A DNA stretch of 64,000 nucleotides from a virus (IMGVR_UViG_3300021086_000004:26732-90731); one strand, 5' to 3'; positions 36,300-45,150 are shown, counted from the stretch's first letter. Numbers and translations are program-made. Notes: generated by a model from the sequence alone, not told the origin.

Positions 36300-36584
36300 T
36301 CACTCGTCTACCGCGTGCCTCGGCTGCCGCCACACCCGCCCACCCGCAGGCCACTCCGCCGGGCGCGGATGCTCCACCCACTCCGCCGTCTCCGCGTACG
36401 TGAGGGCCAGCAGCGACGGGTGCCCGGGCGGGTTCCCGTGGACCCTCCGCGCCCATTCGGCGAGCTCGACCTGGAGCGCCCAGTCCGCGGCCGTGTACCA
36501 GCGGCGGTCCAGCGGCCCGCCTGTCGGGGCGACCAGCTCTTCGCCGGACTTCGGGGGCTGACGGCGTGGGGCGTGGCGGCTCAC
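36300..36584 (-). CDS. Hypothetical protein
   Basis: GTGA-coupled. Confidence 0.6.
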   Translation of the reverse strand: MSRHAPRRQPPKSGEELVAPTGGPLDRRWYTAADWALQVELAEWARRVHGNPPGHPSLLALTYAETAEWVEHPRPAEWPAGGRVWRQPRHAVDE

Positions 36585-36961
36585 GGCGGCGGCCCATTTG
36601 CCAACTCAAGGAGTACGTCGGCGTGGCACGGCCACGGCTGCCCGTCCGCGTCGACCAGCGGGCACCAGCAGGCAAGGTAACGGCCGGCCAGTTCGCGGCG
36701 GATGTCGACCGCGATCAGCCACGCCTGCTCCCGGAACAACGCCACCGCCCGCTCTGCGGCCTCGGCCTTGGTCGGGTACTCGCCGTGGTTCGCCCAGTCG
36801 TCGCGGGTGTCGCCGACGCACCAGCCGGTCCAGCGGGAGGCATCGCCGATGCGGCCGACGGTGTACGGGTTCCCGAACTTCGTGGGCCGGCCGACGTATA
36901 CGGCACCGGCCGCAAGCCGGTAGCCCCTCGTGCGCTGGCGCTGGATCCGCTGCGGGCTCAT
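36581..36961 (-). CDS. DUF4326 family protein
   Basis: RIQRQR, AVYVGRPTKFGNPY, ELAGRYLACWC, CHADVLLELAN. Confidence 0.92.
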   Translation of the reverse strand: MSPQRIQRQRTRGYRLAAGAVYVGRPTKFGNPYTVGRIGDASRWTGWCVGDTRDDWANHGEYPTKAEAAERAVALFREQAWLIAVDIRRELAGRYLACWCPLVDADGQPWPCHADVLLELANGPPP

Positions 36962-37266
36962 GTCTCGGCCGGGACGGTCTCGGGCTGGCACCAGCAGTCC
37001 CGGCCGTCCGTCCAGTGCTCCGGGTGCATCGACGCCAGCGACCCTTGGTGGATGACGAGCGGGCGTTGCCGGTCCGTCCGGGTCGCCCACTCCGCGACTG
37101 TCCGGACGCGCCCGAACGTGGTGTCCGAATGCAGCGGGTCGGGGTTGGCCGGGCGGCCGTTGTCGGGGCACGGCGCGTGGTGGCAGTGGACGACACACGC
37201 GGACGTTGCGGCGAACGGGCCGGTGGCGCTGTCGGCGACCACGGACACCACGCAATGCGCGCTCAC
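36958..37266 (-). CDS. Cys/His-rich hypothetical protein
   Basis: Coupled both sides; DCWCQP. Confidence 0.55.
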   Translation of the reverse strand: MSAHCVVSVVADSATGPFAATSACVVHCHHAPCPDNGRPANPDPLHSDTTFGRVRTVAEWATRTDRQRPLVIHQGSLASMHPEHWTDGRDCWCQPETVPAET

Positions 37267-38390
37267 GCCGGCACCGCCGGGTACTCGTCCCAGGTCCGGC
37301 CGTCCAGCTCCCGGCCTGCGGCCTTCTTCCCGACCCTGCGCATCCCTTGCGCTCCGGCCGGCGTGCTCAGGTCACGCTCGCCGGAGGTCGGCGAGTGGCC
37401 GAGTCGCATGAAGTGCGGCGCCCCGTCAACGCCCAGCGTCCCGGTGAAAGCGTGCGTTGCACCGTCTGGGCCGTGCCAGGGCGCTGGTGCCCACTCGCCG
37501 GTCTGCTTGTAGAGATGAGGCACCCCGGCCGAGACGCACTGGTCGCGGAGGCTCCTGGCCCAGTCGGGATGCATCGGCCTAGCGTCGGGGCCGGACTCGC
37601 CGCCGACGACCACCCAGTCCAGCCCGCCGCGACGGCGGGTGAAGTGGTAGTCCTCGATGCCGCAGTCGGTACCCCAGCCGCCGCACTTCGGACAGGGCTC
37701 GGTGAGCGCGGATGCGTGCCGGGAGCCGCCGTCGAGCCTGGTCCCGTCGGGCACGCTGTTGAGGTTGATCGGGCCGAGCAGCGGCTCGGCCGAGATCCAG
37801 CGGACGGCGGCCGGGGTGTCGTACAGGATCGGGATGCGCAGGTCGGCGGCAGCCTGGTCCTCGACGCTCACGCCGATCCATGCATTCCGCAGCGGCCACC
37901 ACCGCTCGCGAAGCTCAAGCGGTTCCAAGTGCGCGGGCAGCCGCCCGCCCTCGCCGAGCAGATCGAGGATCGCACGGGTGACCACGTCGCGGAACCGCTC
38001 CGAGCGCAACAGCGACCTGCCCCGGGCGGGTCGCTTGGTGGTCAGTTGATAGGTGTGCTGCGGGGTGAGCGCGATGGTCGCGAACAGCCGTGCGAGCAGG
38101 CTGTCGGGCACGTCGTCGTGGAGCCAGTCGGACAGGCTCGGGGTAAATATCTTCCGTGAGCGTTGCCAGCGCAGCGCCTGGTCGAGCCGCTCGGGGTACA
38201 GCAGCACGCCGGTGGTGGCGCCGGGGTCGCCGGAGTTGCCGCCAGTGGGGTGGGCGAACGCGCGTCCGGCCATGCGGAACGGCGGGGTGCGGTCGATGTA
38301 GCAGTTGCGGCAACCCTCGGAGACCTTGGTGCAGCCGGTTGCGAAGTTCAGGGTGGCGTCGGTCCATTCGATGTGGCTGTTGTCGCTCAT
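37263..38390 (-). CDS. Phage Gp37/Gp68 (DUF5131) radical-SAM-like protein
   Basis: SHIEWTDAT, GCTKVSEGCRNCY, SLSDWLH, HTYQLTTKRP, ISAEPLLGP, WVVVGGESG. Confidence 0.93.
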   Translation of the reverse strand: MSDNSHIEWTDATLNFATGCTKVSEGCRNCYIDRTPPFRMAGRAFAHPTGGNSGDPGATTGVLLYPERLDQALRWQRSRKIFTPSLSDWLHDDVPDSLLARLFATIALTPQHTYQLTTKRPARGRSLLRSERFRDVVTRAILDLLGEGGRLPAHLEPLELRERWWPLRNAWIGVSVEDQAAADLRIPILYDTPAAVRWISAEPLLGPINLNSVPDGTRLDGGSRHASALTEPCPKCGGWGTDCGIEDYHFTRRRGGLDWVVVGGESGPDARPMHPDWARSLRDQCVSAGVPHLYKQTGEWAPAPWHGPDGATHAFTGTLGVDGAPHFMRLGHSPTSGERDLSTPAGAQGMRRVGKKAAGRELDGRTWDEYPAVPA

Positions 38391-38683
38391 CGGAGCACCT
38401 CCAGTGGCGTGCCGACCGGCCGTAGCGCCCGGGCGTCGGTTGCCCGCTCCTCGGACCTGACAGCACGGTCTCCGGCGCGTGCCGCTCTCTCGGCTGCTGC
38501 CGCTGCGAGCTCGACCCGGTACGCGGGTTCGGACTCGGCCTCCCACGCGCGAGCCTCGCGGCGCTGGGCGAGCCACCACCGGGCTTCGGCTGCGACCCAC
38601 CGACACGCAGGTGCGCGTCCCCAGAACAGGCCGAGGCCGGCCGCCAGCGTCAGCCACGCCTGAACGCCGGTCAGGTCAGTCAT
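38387..38683 (-). CDS. Membrane-anchored hypothetical protein
   Basis: ATGA overlap at 3' end; N-terminal hydrophobic segment. Confidence 0.55.
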   Translation of the reverse strand: MTDLTGVQAWLTLAAGLGLFWGRAPACRWVAAEARWWLAQRREARAWEAESEPAYRVELAAAAAERAARAGDRAVRSEERATDARALRPVGTPLEVLR

Positions 38684-38831
38684 CGAATTTCCCTACCATC
38701 TGGAGGACGGTCCCGAGGATCAGACACAGGGCGACCACGGACACCCCGGCGATCCGCACCCCGACGGCCTGGCTGTCGTCGAGCGCGGCGACCCCGCCGA
38801 AGATCCCAACGACGATGATCATGCAGCCCAT
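38676..38831 (-). CDS. Small membrane protein (2 TM)
   Basis: TGATG-coupled; hydrophobic. Confidence 0.55.
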   Translation of the reverse strand: MGCMIIVVGIFGGVAALDDSQAVGVRIAGVSVVALCLILGTVLQMVGKFDD

Positions 38832-38905
38832 CAGGTCACCGCCCACGCGACGGCCAGGAGCAACGCGGCGCAGCACACGACCGTGAACAACTGCCCCCGG
38901 GTCAC
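38831..38905 (-). CDS. 24-aa membrane peptide
   Basis: MTRGQLFTVVCCAALLLAVAWAVT; coupled both sides. Confidence 0.45.
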   Translation of the reverse strand: MTRGQLFTVVCCAALLLAVAWAVT

Positions 38906-39333
38906 GGCTGCGGCTCCTCGGGCAGGCCGTACTCAGCCAGGACGGCCAGGTCCGCCTGCTCGGGACAGCCCTTGTCGCGGCGCAGGATCGCCCAGCCCAA
39001 CGCCAGCGCCTCCCGCTCACCCTGGCCGTCGCGGAACATGTACGCCCTGCATTCGTCGATGGGATTGGCGTACAGGGTGCCGTAGAACAGCCGCCGCGCC
39101 TCCACGTCGGTGAGGCCGAGGATGGCCTGCGCGGTCGCGCTGATCTGCTTGTTGCTGCCCGCTTCCCAGATGATGTGTTCGATCTGGTCGCCGGCGTGGA
39201 GGCCGTGGGCGAGGGCGACGGTCCAGCCGGCGATGCAGCCGGAGGAGCCGCAGGCGTGGACGGCTTGCAGGTGGAGCCGGGGGTGGTCTTGGAGGTGCCG
39301 CAGGACGCGGTCGAGCTCGCCGACGTTGGTCAT
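38902..39333 (-). CDS. Hypothetical phage protein
   Basis: CGSSGCIAGWTV, AQAILGLTDVEARRLF; GGAGA RBS. Confidence 0.7.
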   Translation of the reverse strand: MTNVGELDRVLRHLQDHPRLHLQAVHACGSSGCIAGWTVALAHGLHAGDQIEHIIWEAGSNKQISATAQAILGLTDVEARRLFYGTLYANPIDECRAYMFRDGQGEREALALGWAILRRDKGCPEQADLAVLAEYGLPEEPQP

Positions 39334-39530
39334 CACGTCTCCAGCCGGAATGGGTGGCGGGCTCCGGCGGACGTCACGCCGCCGCCCTGCCACCAGATGA
39401 GGTAGTCGTCCCCGGGCGCGTGGGTGACGTGGTCGACGACGTGCCGGGTGCCGTCGGCGCGGTCGACGACGTGCGCGCCGGGCATGCGGGCGAGGGCGGG
39501 GGGCAGGAAGATCTCCGCCGCGCCGGTCAC
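39333..39530 (-). CDS. Hypothetical protein
   Basis: Coupled both sides. Confidence 0.55.
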   Translation of the reverse strand: MTGAAEIFLPPALARMPGAHVVDRADGTRHVVDHVTHAPGDDYLIWWQGGGVTSAGARHPFRLET

Positions 39531-40015
39531 CGGAGACCCCGGCGACCCCGGCGGCGGTGCAACTGGCAAGACAAGACGACGATCCCGGCCAGCAGGTCCA
39601 CGTCACGGCTCGACGTGTCAGCGAACCGGCCCCAGTCCAGCGGCCTGCCGTGCGCCTCCATCGTCTCCCCGTCCTCGGATGACCGGCCGTAGGCCGTCCA
39701 GAGGAACGTCGGCCACGCCGCCGCCGGCAGCGACGGGATGTGCGTCAGGCCGCAGGCGACCTGGTAGGCGCCGCGCGGGTCGTCGTCCCAGCCGAGTGCC
39801 GGGAGGTTCGCGAACGGGCTGTTGTCGTCCAAGCGCCGGGACCACATGCCGTCCGGGATCTGCGCGGACAGGGCGGCCCGGAAGTCGGCGCCGAACTGGT
39901 GGTCGACCATGTTGAACGCGTCGACCTCGGCCCTGTACGCCGGGTCGTCCATCCAGGTCGCGGGGTCGCCGGAAGGCGTGTTGAGCGGTAGGAGCATCCA
40001 CGGGTCGACGGTCAC
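39527..40015 (-). CDS. Hypothetical protein
   Basis: GTGA-coupled. Confidence 0.65.
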   Translation of the reverse strand: MTVDPWMLLPLNTPSGDPATWMDDPAYRAEVDAFNMVDHQFGADFRAALSAQIPDGMWSRRLDDNSPFANLPALGWDDDPRGAYQVACGLTHIPSLPAAAWPTFLWTAYGRSSEDGETMEAHGRPLDWGRFADTSSRDVDLLAGIVVLSCQLHRRRGRRGLR

Positions 40016-40239
40016 GGCGCACCGTCCACGGGGGTGTACGTGGCCCGCTCGACCACGCGGACCGACGACGCCGGGGCGCCCCACTACTCGCCCTCGGCGG
40101 GCGCCCACACGCGGACGGAGACCGTCTCGTCCCGGTCGACCTCGACCACGATCCCGGGCTGCACGCGACGCTCGGGCCACGCCCAGTCGTCCCGGCTCCC
40201 GACGTACACGACCTTGTCGCCCACGTTCGGCGTGATCAC
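40012..40239 (-). pseudogene. Small beta-barrel-like gene interrupted by in-frame TAG (40084-40086)
   Basis: Reading through the TAG gives 24 more codons ending in a GTGA overlap with the next start. Confidence 0.5.
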
Positions 40240-40511
40240 CGGACCGCACCTCCCGGGCACGACGGGTCGGTGACAACGGTCGGCTGCGAGTCGGTCTTGT
40301 CATGCGTCGACACGAAGATCCGGTGGCCGTGGCCGTCGCACTTGGTCGCCACGTTCGGGAATCCGTCCGGCATGTTGATGATCTGCGCCGGGGAGTCGTC
40401 CGAGCCGGCGACGGGGGCGTCTCCCTTGCCCCGCGCATTGTTGTAGCCGGAGCAGCCCACGGCGAGGACTGCGACTGTCGCGATGGCGGCGAGCCGCCTC
40501 ACGCCGGTCAC
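40236..40511 (-). CDS. Lipoprotein
   Basis: Signal peptide with lipobox LAVG-C; NMPDGFPNVATKCD. Confidence 0.8.
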   Translation of the reverse strand: MTGVRRLAAIATVAVLAVGCSGYNNARGKGDAPVAGSDDSPAQIINMPDGFPNVATKCDGHGHRIFVSTHDKTDSQPTVVTDPSCPGGAVR

Positions 40512-40675
40512 CGGATCACCGCCGCGACGGCGTACACGGCGAACGTCACGACGATCAGGAGCACCTGCGCCGCCATGATCACGTCGATCAGGCTCAGCCT
40601 GTTACGCGCCAGCCAGCCCCAGAAGCCGCCTTCCAGTCCGGCAGCCGCCTGCTGACATTCCGTAGACTCGGTCAT
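40508..40675 (-). CDS. Small membrane protein
   Basis: GGAGG RBS; C-terminal TM. Confidence 0.6.
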   Translation of the reverse strand: MTESTECQQAAAGLEGGFWGWLARNRLSLIDVIMAAQVLLIVVTFAVYAVAAVIR

Positions 40676-40746
40676 CCATTCCTCCAGGTTTGGGTTCGGC
40701 GCCGCCCCGAAGGGTCTACGGGGCGGCGCCACTTCACGTCGGATAA

Positions 40747-41061
40747 CTACTGCGGGACCTGCCCGGTGTCGTTCCGGGCACCAGGCAGATCCCCGTCTGC
40801 GGGTTCGCCGCGGAGCAGGCGGACAGTCGCATGGGCCACCTTCGGCGGCAGACCGGAGCCGATCAGCCACGCCACCGGCCCCGACCGCAGCCGAAGCCGC
40901 GCCGCCGCGCCCGACGCCAGCCGCGAACACGTCCCCGGGTTCATGCCGGGAAGCGCGAGGAGGTGCGCCATCGCCCGGAGCTGCCGCGCCGGCGACGCGA
41001 CCATCCCGGCCAGCCACGCCTCGAACGCGACCCGGCCGTGAACTTCCCCATACCGCGTCAC
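40747..41061 (-). CDS. Hypothetical protein
   Basis: GTGA-coupled. Confidence 0.5.
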   Translation of the reverse strand: MTRYGEVHGRVAFEAWLAGMVASPARQLRAMAHLLALPGMNPGTCSRLASGAAARLRLRSGPVAWLIGSGLPPKVAHATVRLLRGEPADGDLPGARNDTGQVPQ

Positions 41062-41330
41062 AGCCGCCCGCCTTCCTGCGTCGGTTCGGCGATCCAGCGG
41101 AGGACCGCGACCACCACGCCCAGGCCCATCGGGAACCGTTCCCTGCTCTCCCGGCGGCGGACGGTGGCGAGGGATACGCCGAGGATTTCGGCGGCTGCCT
41201 CTTGGGAGAGGCCGCGGGCGCGGCGGGTGCCGGCGAACACGGTGGGGAGCCGGTCGAGGACGTCGGCGGCAAGCAGCAGGGCGACGCGTTCGTCGGCTCC
41301 GGGTAGCGCGGCCCCCCGTGCGGCGGTCAT
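41058..41330 (-). CDS. XRE/Cro-family HTH regulator
   Basis: RRARGLSQEAAAEILGVSLATVRRRES; ATGA-coupled. Confidence 0.8.
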   Translation of the reverse strand: MTAARGAALPGADERVALLLAADVLDRLPTVFAGTRRARGLSQEAAAEILGVSLATVRRRESRERFPMGLGVVVAVLRWIAEPTQEGGRL

Positions 41331-41563
41331 GACGCCTCGGTGTTCCTGGCCGAGTCGCCGCGGAAGCCGGCATGCCAGGACCGGAGGGACCGTTCCGACA
41401 CGTAGAGGTCGGTGAGACGCCAGATCTCGGCGGCGAGCTTCGGCCATGACTGTTCGGGCCATCGGGCGGCGATCCATGCGTGGAGGGTTTCGACGTCGTT
41501 GATCTCGCCGACGCGGCGTAGGGCCGTCTCGACCCGGGCGGCTCGATCAGTTGGGGGCGCCAT
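41327..41563 (-). CDS. Putative DNA-binding protein (leaderless)
   Basis: QSWPKLAAEIWRLTDLYVSERSLRSW HTH-like. Confidence 0.65.
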   Translation of the reverse strand: MAPPTDRAARVETALRRVGEINDVETLHAWIAARWPEQSWPKLAAEIWRLTDLYVSERSLRSWHAGFRGDSARNTEAS

Positions 41564-41570
41564 GCCAGGG

Positions 41571-41633
41571 ACGGTATCGGCCGGCAGGAGTTTCCGCAAG
41601 ATGGTTGCGGAAGTGCCTGCCGGGTCGTAGCTT
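41571..41633. promoter_or_regulatory. Back-to-back divergent promoters forming an inverted repeat
   Basis: Minus: TTGCGG-N17-TACCGT-N7-ATG(41563); plus: TTGCGG-N17-TAGCTT-N6-ATG(41640); arms 41581-41599 and 41605-41623 match at 16/19. Confidence 0.8.
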
Positions 41634-41639
41634 CGTGGC

Positions 41640-41870
41640 ATGACCAGCCTGACGACTGCCCCCGACCTCCGTCAGCTCCTCCTGGACGCCGCCGCAGGCG
41701 CGTCCTCCCTCACGGCAGCCATGGGCCGGATGCGGGCTACAGCACTCGGCTTCGCCCAGGGCATGACCGACGCCGCCCCCGACGGGCGGCTCCGGGCCGA
41801 CCTGCGGACGCTGTTCTCTGCGCTGGATGAGGCGGTTGTCGCGATCGAGGAGAGGTACCGCAATGTCTGA
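41640..41870 (+). CDS. Hypothetical helical protein (leaderless)
   Basis: First gene after divergent promoter. Confidence 0.7.
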   Translation: MTSLTTAPDLRQLLLDAAAGASSLTAAMGRMRATALGFAQGMTDAAPDGRLRADLRTLFSALDEAVVAIEERYRNV

Positions 41871-41922
41871 CTGCGAACTGATCGACGCCGTGTACGTGGA
41901 TGCGGTGAGTTCCGGTGACTGA
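41863..41922 (+). CDS. 19-aa peptide
   Basis: GGAGAGG RBS; overlaps both neighbours. Confidence 0.3.
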   Translation: MSDCELIDAVYVDAVSSGD

Positions 41923-42361
41923 GCCGCAGGGCGACCTGGCCCAGGCGATCACCCGGCTGGACGACGGCGCTGAACTCGCCGCCTTCGGCTCCCTGCCGAA
42001 CAGGTGGGCGGCGGAGTTGACCGTCGCGCAGTGCCAGGCGGTGCTGGCCGAACTCGACCGGCTACGCGGCGAACTAGACCGGGCGGGACATGACCTGGCC
42101 GCGCAGGGCTGGCAGCCGCTGCCTGCGGACTGGCAGGCGCAGGCCGAGGCCGGCCACGCGCTCGCGACCACACTGGCAGAGGTGGCCACCGAGCGGAACC
42201 GGCTCGCTGCGCAGGTTCAGCGAGCCGAGGCGTGGGCCGCCGACCGGATCGGGACCGCCATCGGACGGCCGTACGCGATCGAGGTCCAGGCTGCGCTGAA
42301 CGGGTCCGACGGCTGGGCGGAGTCGCTGGCCGGCCGTGTCGACGGCGAGGTGCAGGCATGA
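41915..42361 (+). CDS. Coiled-coil hypothetical protein
   Basis: ORF track; ATGA overlap at 3' end. Confidence 0.65.
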   Translation: MTEPQGDLAQAITRLDDGAELAAFGSLPNRWAAELTVAQCQAVLAELDRLRGELDRAGHDLAAQGWQPLPADWQAQAEAGHALATTLAEVATERNRLAAQVQRAEAWAADRIGTAIGRPYAIEVQAALNGSDGWAESLAGRVDGEVQA

Positions 42362-42461
42362 CCGCCGTCGTGTTGTCCCTGTGCGAGACCGTCACTGCTG
42401 GGCCGCTCGCCTCCAATCACGTCCGCTCACGTCGGCCCCGAAGGGCTCAAGCCGGCGATGA
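42358..42461 (+). pseudogene. Truncated / frameshifted small gene remnant
   Basis: MTAVVLSLCETVTAGPLASNHVR then shifted frame LTSAPKG..RR* whose stop overlaps the ATG at 42458. Confidence 0.3.
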
Positions 42462-42742
42462 CCGGCCTTCCCGAGGGCTTGCTCCGGTATTTCGAAATCC
42501 GCGAACGGCACCGGGCCGACGAGATCGCCGCCGTCCTGAACGGGCTCACCGTCCGCGAACAGGCGCTCGTGCGGGAGGCCGCCGTGATGGGCTTCGTACG
42601 CGGTGCCATCTTTGCGAGCGGCGGCCGGAAGACCCCGGAGATGCCGAGGGACTCGCGGATCCTGGCCGAGGTGGTCGGCGCGTGCCTCTCGATGCCGGAG
42701 ACGTACCCGACCCTGACTGGATGGGAGCCGACCGATGACTGA
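42458..42742 (+). CDS. Hypothetical phage protein
   Basis: LTVREQALVREAAVMGFVRG motif. Confidence 0.7.
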   Translation: MTGLPEGLLRYFEIRERHRADEIAAVLNGLTVREQALVREAAVMGFVRGAIFASGGRKTPEMPRDSRILAEVVGACLSMPETYPTLTGWEPTDD

Positions 42743-43040
42743 ACAGCAAGTCCAATCTGAGCTTGGCGATGGCGTGGACCTGCGGGCCGAGCTGGTCGCG
42801 GCGATGAAGCTCGGCTACTCGATGCGCGGTGATGGCCTGCTACCGAACATGGCTGCCGCGGTACTCGCCGCAGGGTGGGTGCCGCCGGAGACGGTGACCG
42901 CCGCGCGGTCGGAGACGGCGGAGCGGATCGCCGCGGAGATCGAGGCCGCGATGGACGGCGGCCGGCGGATGGAGCCGTTCTGGGCGCAGAACGACGACGG
43001 CATGGCCCGGGCCGTCCGGATCGCCCGGGGGTTTTCGTGA
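42735..43040 (+). CDS. Hypothetical protein
   Basis: Overlaps both neighbours. Confidence 0.65.
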   Translation: MTEQQVQSELGDGVDLRAELVAAMKLGYSMRGDGLLPNMAAAVLAAGWVPPETVTAARSETAERIAAEIEAAMDGGRRMEPFWAQNDDGMARAVRIARGFS

Positions 43041-43588
43041 CCGGCGTGCCGGACCTGTCCGATGCCGAGGCCGCCGCCCTGTTCCGGCTCGCCTGCCAAG
43101 ACGACAGCGAGTTCCCGCCCGGCTGGCGCCTGCGCCCCGGCGGCTCATGGGCCGCGAAAGGCGGCCTCACGACGCTCGTCTCCTACGACCCGGCCGAAGA
43201 GGCCGACGGGCAGGGGCGGCGGCCGTCCGACATGAACGCCGGGACCGTCCTCAACCCGTACTTCGCCAAGGTCGTCTGCGACGCCTACAACCAGTGCCGG
43301 CCTGCGCCTGCCGTCGACATTCCCTGGCAGGACGGGTTCATCGCCTACGCCGACGCGGCGGGGACGCCGGTCGGCGAACCGGTCGCGGTCAGGTACCGGA
43401 ACGTATTCGAGCCCGGGACCGTATCCGCCGTCCTGGCCGAGTCGGTCACCCTCCCGCCGTGCCCGATCGACAGGTGCGCGGCGTACGCCCTCCTCGGCCC
43501 CAGTCAGACAGTCCTGATGGTCGCGCCGACAGGGAGGGTCATCCGCGCCGGGGAGACGCTGCACCTAGACGTGCAGGTCGGCCGGTGA
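43037..43588 (+). CDS. Hypothetical protein
   Basis: GTGA-coupled. Confidence 0.6.
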   Translation: MTGVPDLSDAEAAALFRLACQDDSEFPPGWRLRPGGSWAAKGGLTTLVSYDPAEEADGQGRRPSDMNAGTVLNPYFAKVVCDAYNQCRPAPAVDIPWQDGFIAYADAAGTPVGEPVAVRYRNVFEPGTVSAVLAESVTLPPCPIDRCAAYALLGPSQTVLMVAPTGRVIRAGETLHLDVQVGR

Positions 43589-43689
43589 GCAGCCGCCGGC
43601 ACCTGTGCGGCCAGTGCCTCCCCACGGTGCGGACGTTCCGCTGGAAGTGGCAGGTGGTTGTCCACGTCACGCGCGAGCACCGGCCATGA
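43585..43689 (+). CDS. 34-aa C2H2-like peptide
   Basis: CGQC..HVTREH; coupled both sides. Confidence 0.5.
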   Translation: MSSRRHLCGQCLPTVRTFRWKWQVVVHVTREHRP

Positions 43690-44603
43690 CGGCGCCGCTG
43701 TTCACCCCGACCACCGCACGGGACCTCCACCGCAACCTCATCGAATGGTGGGGCTCCGAACCGGCGCAGCGGTACCAGCGGAGTTTCGTCTCCGACAAGC
43801 CGGGCTTCCTTGGCCTGGACCCCCATGCGCTCCAAGGCCAACTCCGCGCGGCCGAGACGTTCCTGGTCACCGACGAGATGTCCGCCGTGGTCCGGCACGC
43901 GGCGTTGACCCTGCCGACGTTCTCCGTCGAGCACGACATCATGCCGGCCGAACTCGGGTTCATGGTCTTGAACGACCGGCCTGGCGACCACGGGGACGCC
44001 CTCGGCGATACCCCGCCCGCCCAGGCCATCGCATGGCGGGCGGCCGTGGACGACGACGGCCGGGCCGGCTTCGCTGCGACCTTGTACTTCTCGCGGGAAG
44101 ACATCGCCGACTTCGCGCGGGCACGCGAGCCGGATGACCGGCTGGCCATATTCGTCGAGACCGACGCGGTGATGCGGTGGCCGCTGATCCCGGCGGTGTT
44201 CGCCTTCCTGCCGTGGGGGGTCGATCCGCCGATGCCGTCGCTGTACGTGCCGGATGCGGCCACTGAGTTCGCGTTGCGGATGCTGGTGGCAGCGTGGCTG
44301 CTGATGAGCCAGCCGATCGCCCAGCGGGAGCACCCGCAGATTTACCGGCCGGCTGCGAAACGCGCGGCCCGTGCTGGGCTGCTGTCGGATCTGACCGTCG
44401 TCATGCTCCGCCAGCCCAAGACCGCGCCGTCCGACGAGCCGGCCGGGCGGGAGTACCACCGGCGGTGGATCGTTCGCGGGCACTGGCGCCGCATTCCCCT
44501 ACCCGAGCAACCATCCCGCGTCACGTGGGTCCACGGCTACGTAAAGGGGCCGGCGGACGCGCCGCTGGTCATGACCGACCGCGTCACCGTCCTGGCACGC
44601 TGA
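43686..44603 (+). CDS. Conserved phage protein
   Basis: C-terminal EYHRRWIVRGHWRR..WVHGYVKGPADAPL motif. Confidence 0.8.
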   Translation: MTAPLFTPTTARDLHRNLIEWWGSEPAQRYQRSFVSDKPGFLGLDPHALQGQLRAAETFLVTDEMSAVVRHAALTLPTFSVEHDIMPAELGFMVLNDRPGDHGDALGDTPPAQAIAWRAAVDDDGRAGFAATLYFSREDIADFARAREPDDRLAIFVETDAVMRWPLIPAVFAFLPWGVDPPMPSLYVPDAATEFALRMLVAAWLLMSQPIAQREHPQIYRPAAKRAARAGLLSDLTVVMLRQPKTAPSDEPAGREYHRRWIVRGHWRRIPLPEQPSRVTWVHGYVKGPADAPLVMTDRVTVLAR

Positions 44604-44605
44604 CG

Positions 44606-44842
44606 TCAGCCGTGGAGCCGGCACCGGTCGCCGCCAGGCTTCGCCCGTGTGCGGCAGCGGGTCTTGTCCCCGACCCGGGCGACGCACCGCCGGTAGGCCA
44701 GGCAGCGCCGCCACCGCGCATCCCACGCCGGCGGCTCGGCGGAGCGTGGGGCGACAGGCTCAAGTGGGATCGGCAGGCTGAGCTGGCCGACCGACGCGAG
44801 CCGAAGCGCCTCCGCCCGGTTACGTGGCCGCAGTCCGCGCAT
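44606..44842 (-). CDS. Small protein with HGGxSTG-like Cys/His tail
   Basis: RCRTRAKPGGDRCRLHG; CACAAT 6 nt before ATG; convergent stop 2 nt from neighbour. Confidence 0.55.
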   Translation of the reverse strand: MRGLRPRNRAEALRLASVGQLSLPIPLEPVAPRSAEPPAWDARWRRCLAYRRCVARVGDKTRCRTRAKPGGDRCRLHG

Positions 44843-44866
44843 GCGCCCATTGTGCCCGCCGTGGCC

Positions 44867-44887
44867 GTTTCGTACCCGCCGGGTTAC
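44867..44887. promoter_or_regulatory. Shared 21-bp motif, copy 1
   Basis: GTTTCGTACC-CGCC-GGGTTAC; second copy at 49508. Confidence 0.6.
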
Positions 44888-44907
44888 GGACTCTCCTCCC
44901 GTACGGC

Positions 44908-44936
44908 TTGTCTGCCATCACCGGCTGCCGTAGACT
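44908..44936 (+). promoter_or_regulatory. Leaderless sigma70-type promoter
   Basis: TTGTCT-N17-TAGACT-N6-ATG(44943). Confidence 0.8.
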
Positions 44937-44942
44937 GCTGAC

Positions 44943-45143
44943 ATGACGCAGACCGCAACCCGAACCCCGTCGCTCCCCGCCGCCGAGATGCTCCGCGGCA
45001 TGGACCTCGGCATCGTCACCCACGCCATCGGCGGGTTCGTCATCGCCGACCGCCACTGCACCGGCTGCCGTGTCCTGCTCCCCAAGGTCACCGCGGACGG
45101 CAGGCTGGACACGTTCCCCCGTTGCTCCGCGCACGCGCTCTGA
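44943..45143 (+). CDS. Small CxxC protein (leaderless)
   Basis: HCTGC..CSAH. Confidence 0.7.
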   Translation: MTQTATRTPSLPAAEMLRGMDLGIVTHAIGGFVIADRHCTGCRVLLPKVTADGRLDTFPRCSAHAL

Positions 45144-45150
45144 GCCGGCC

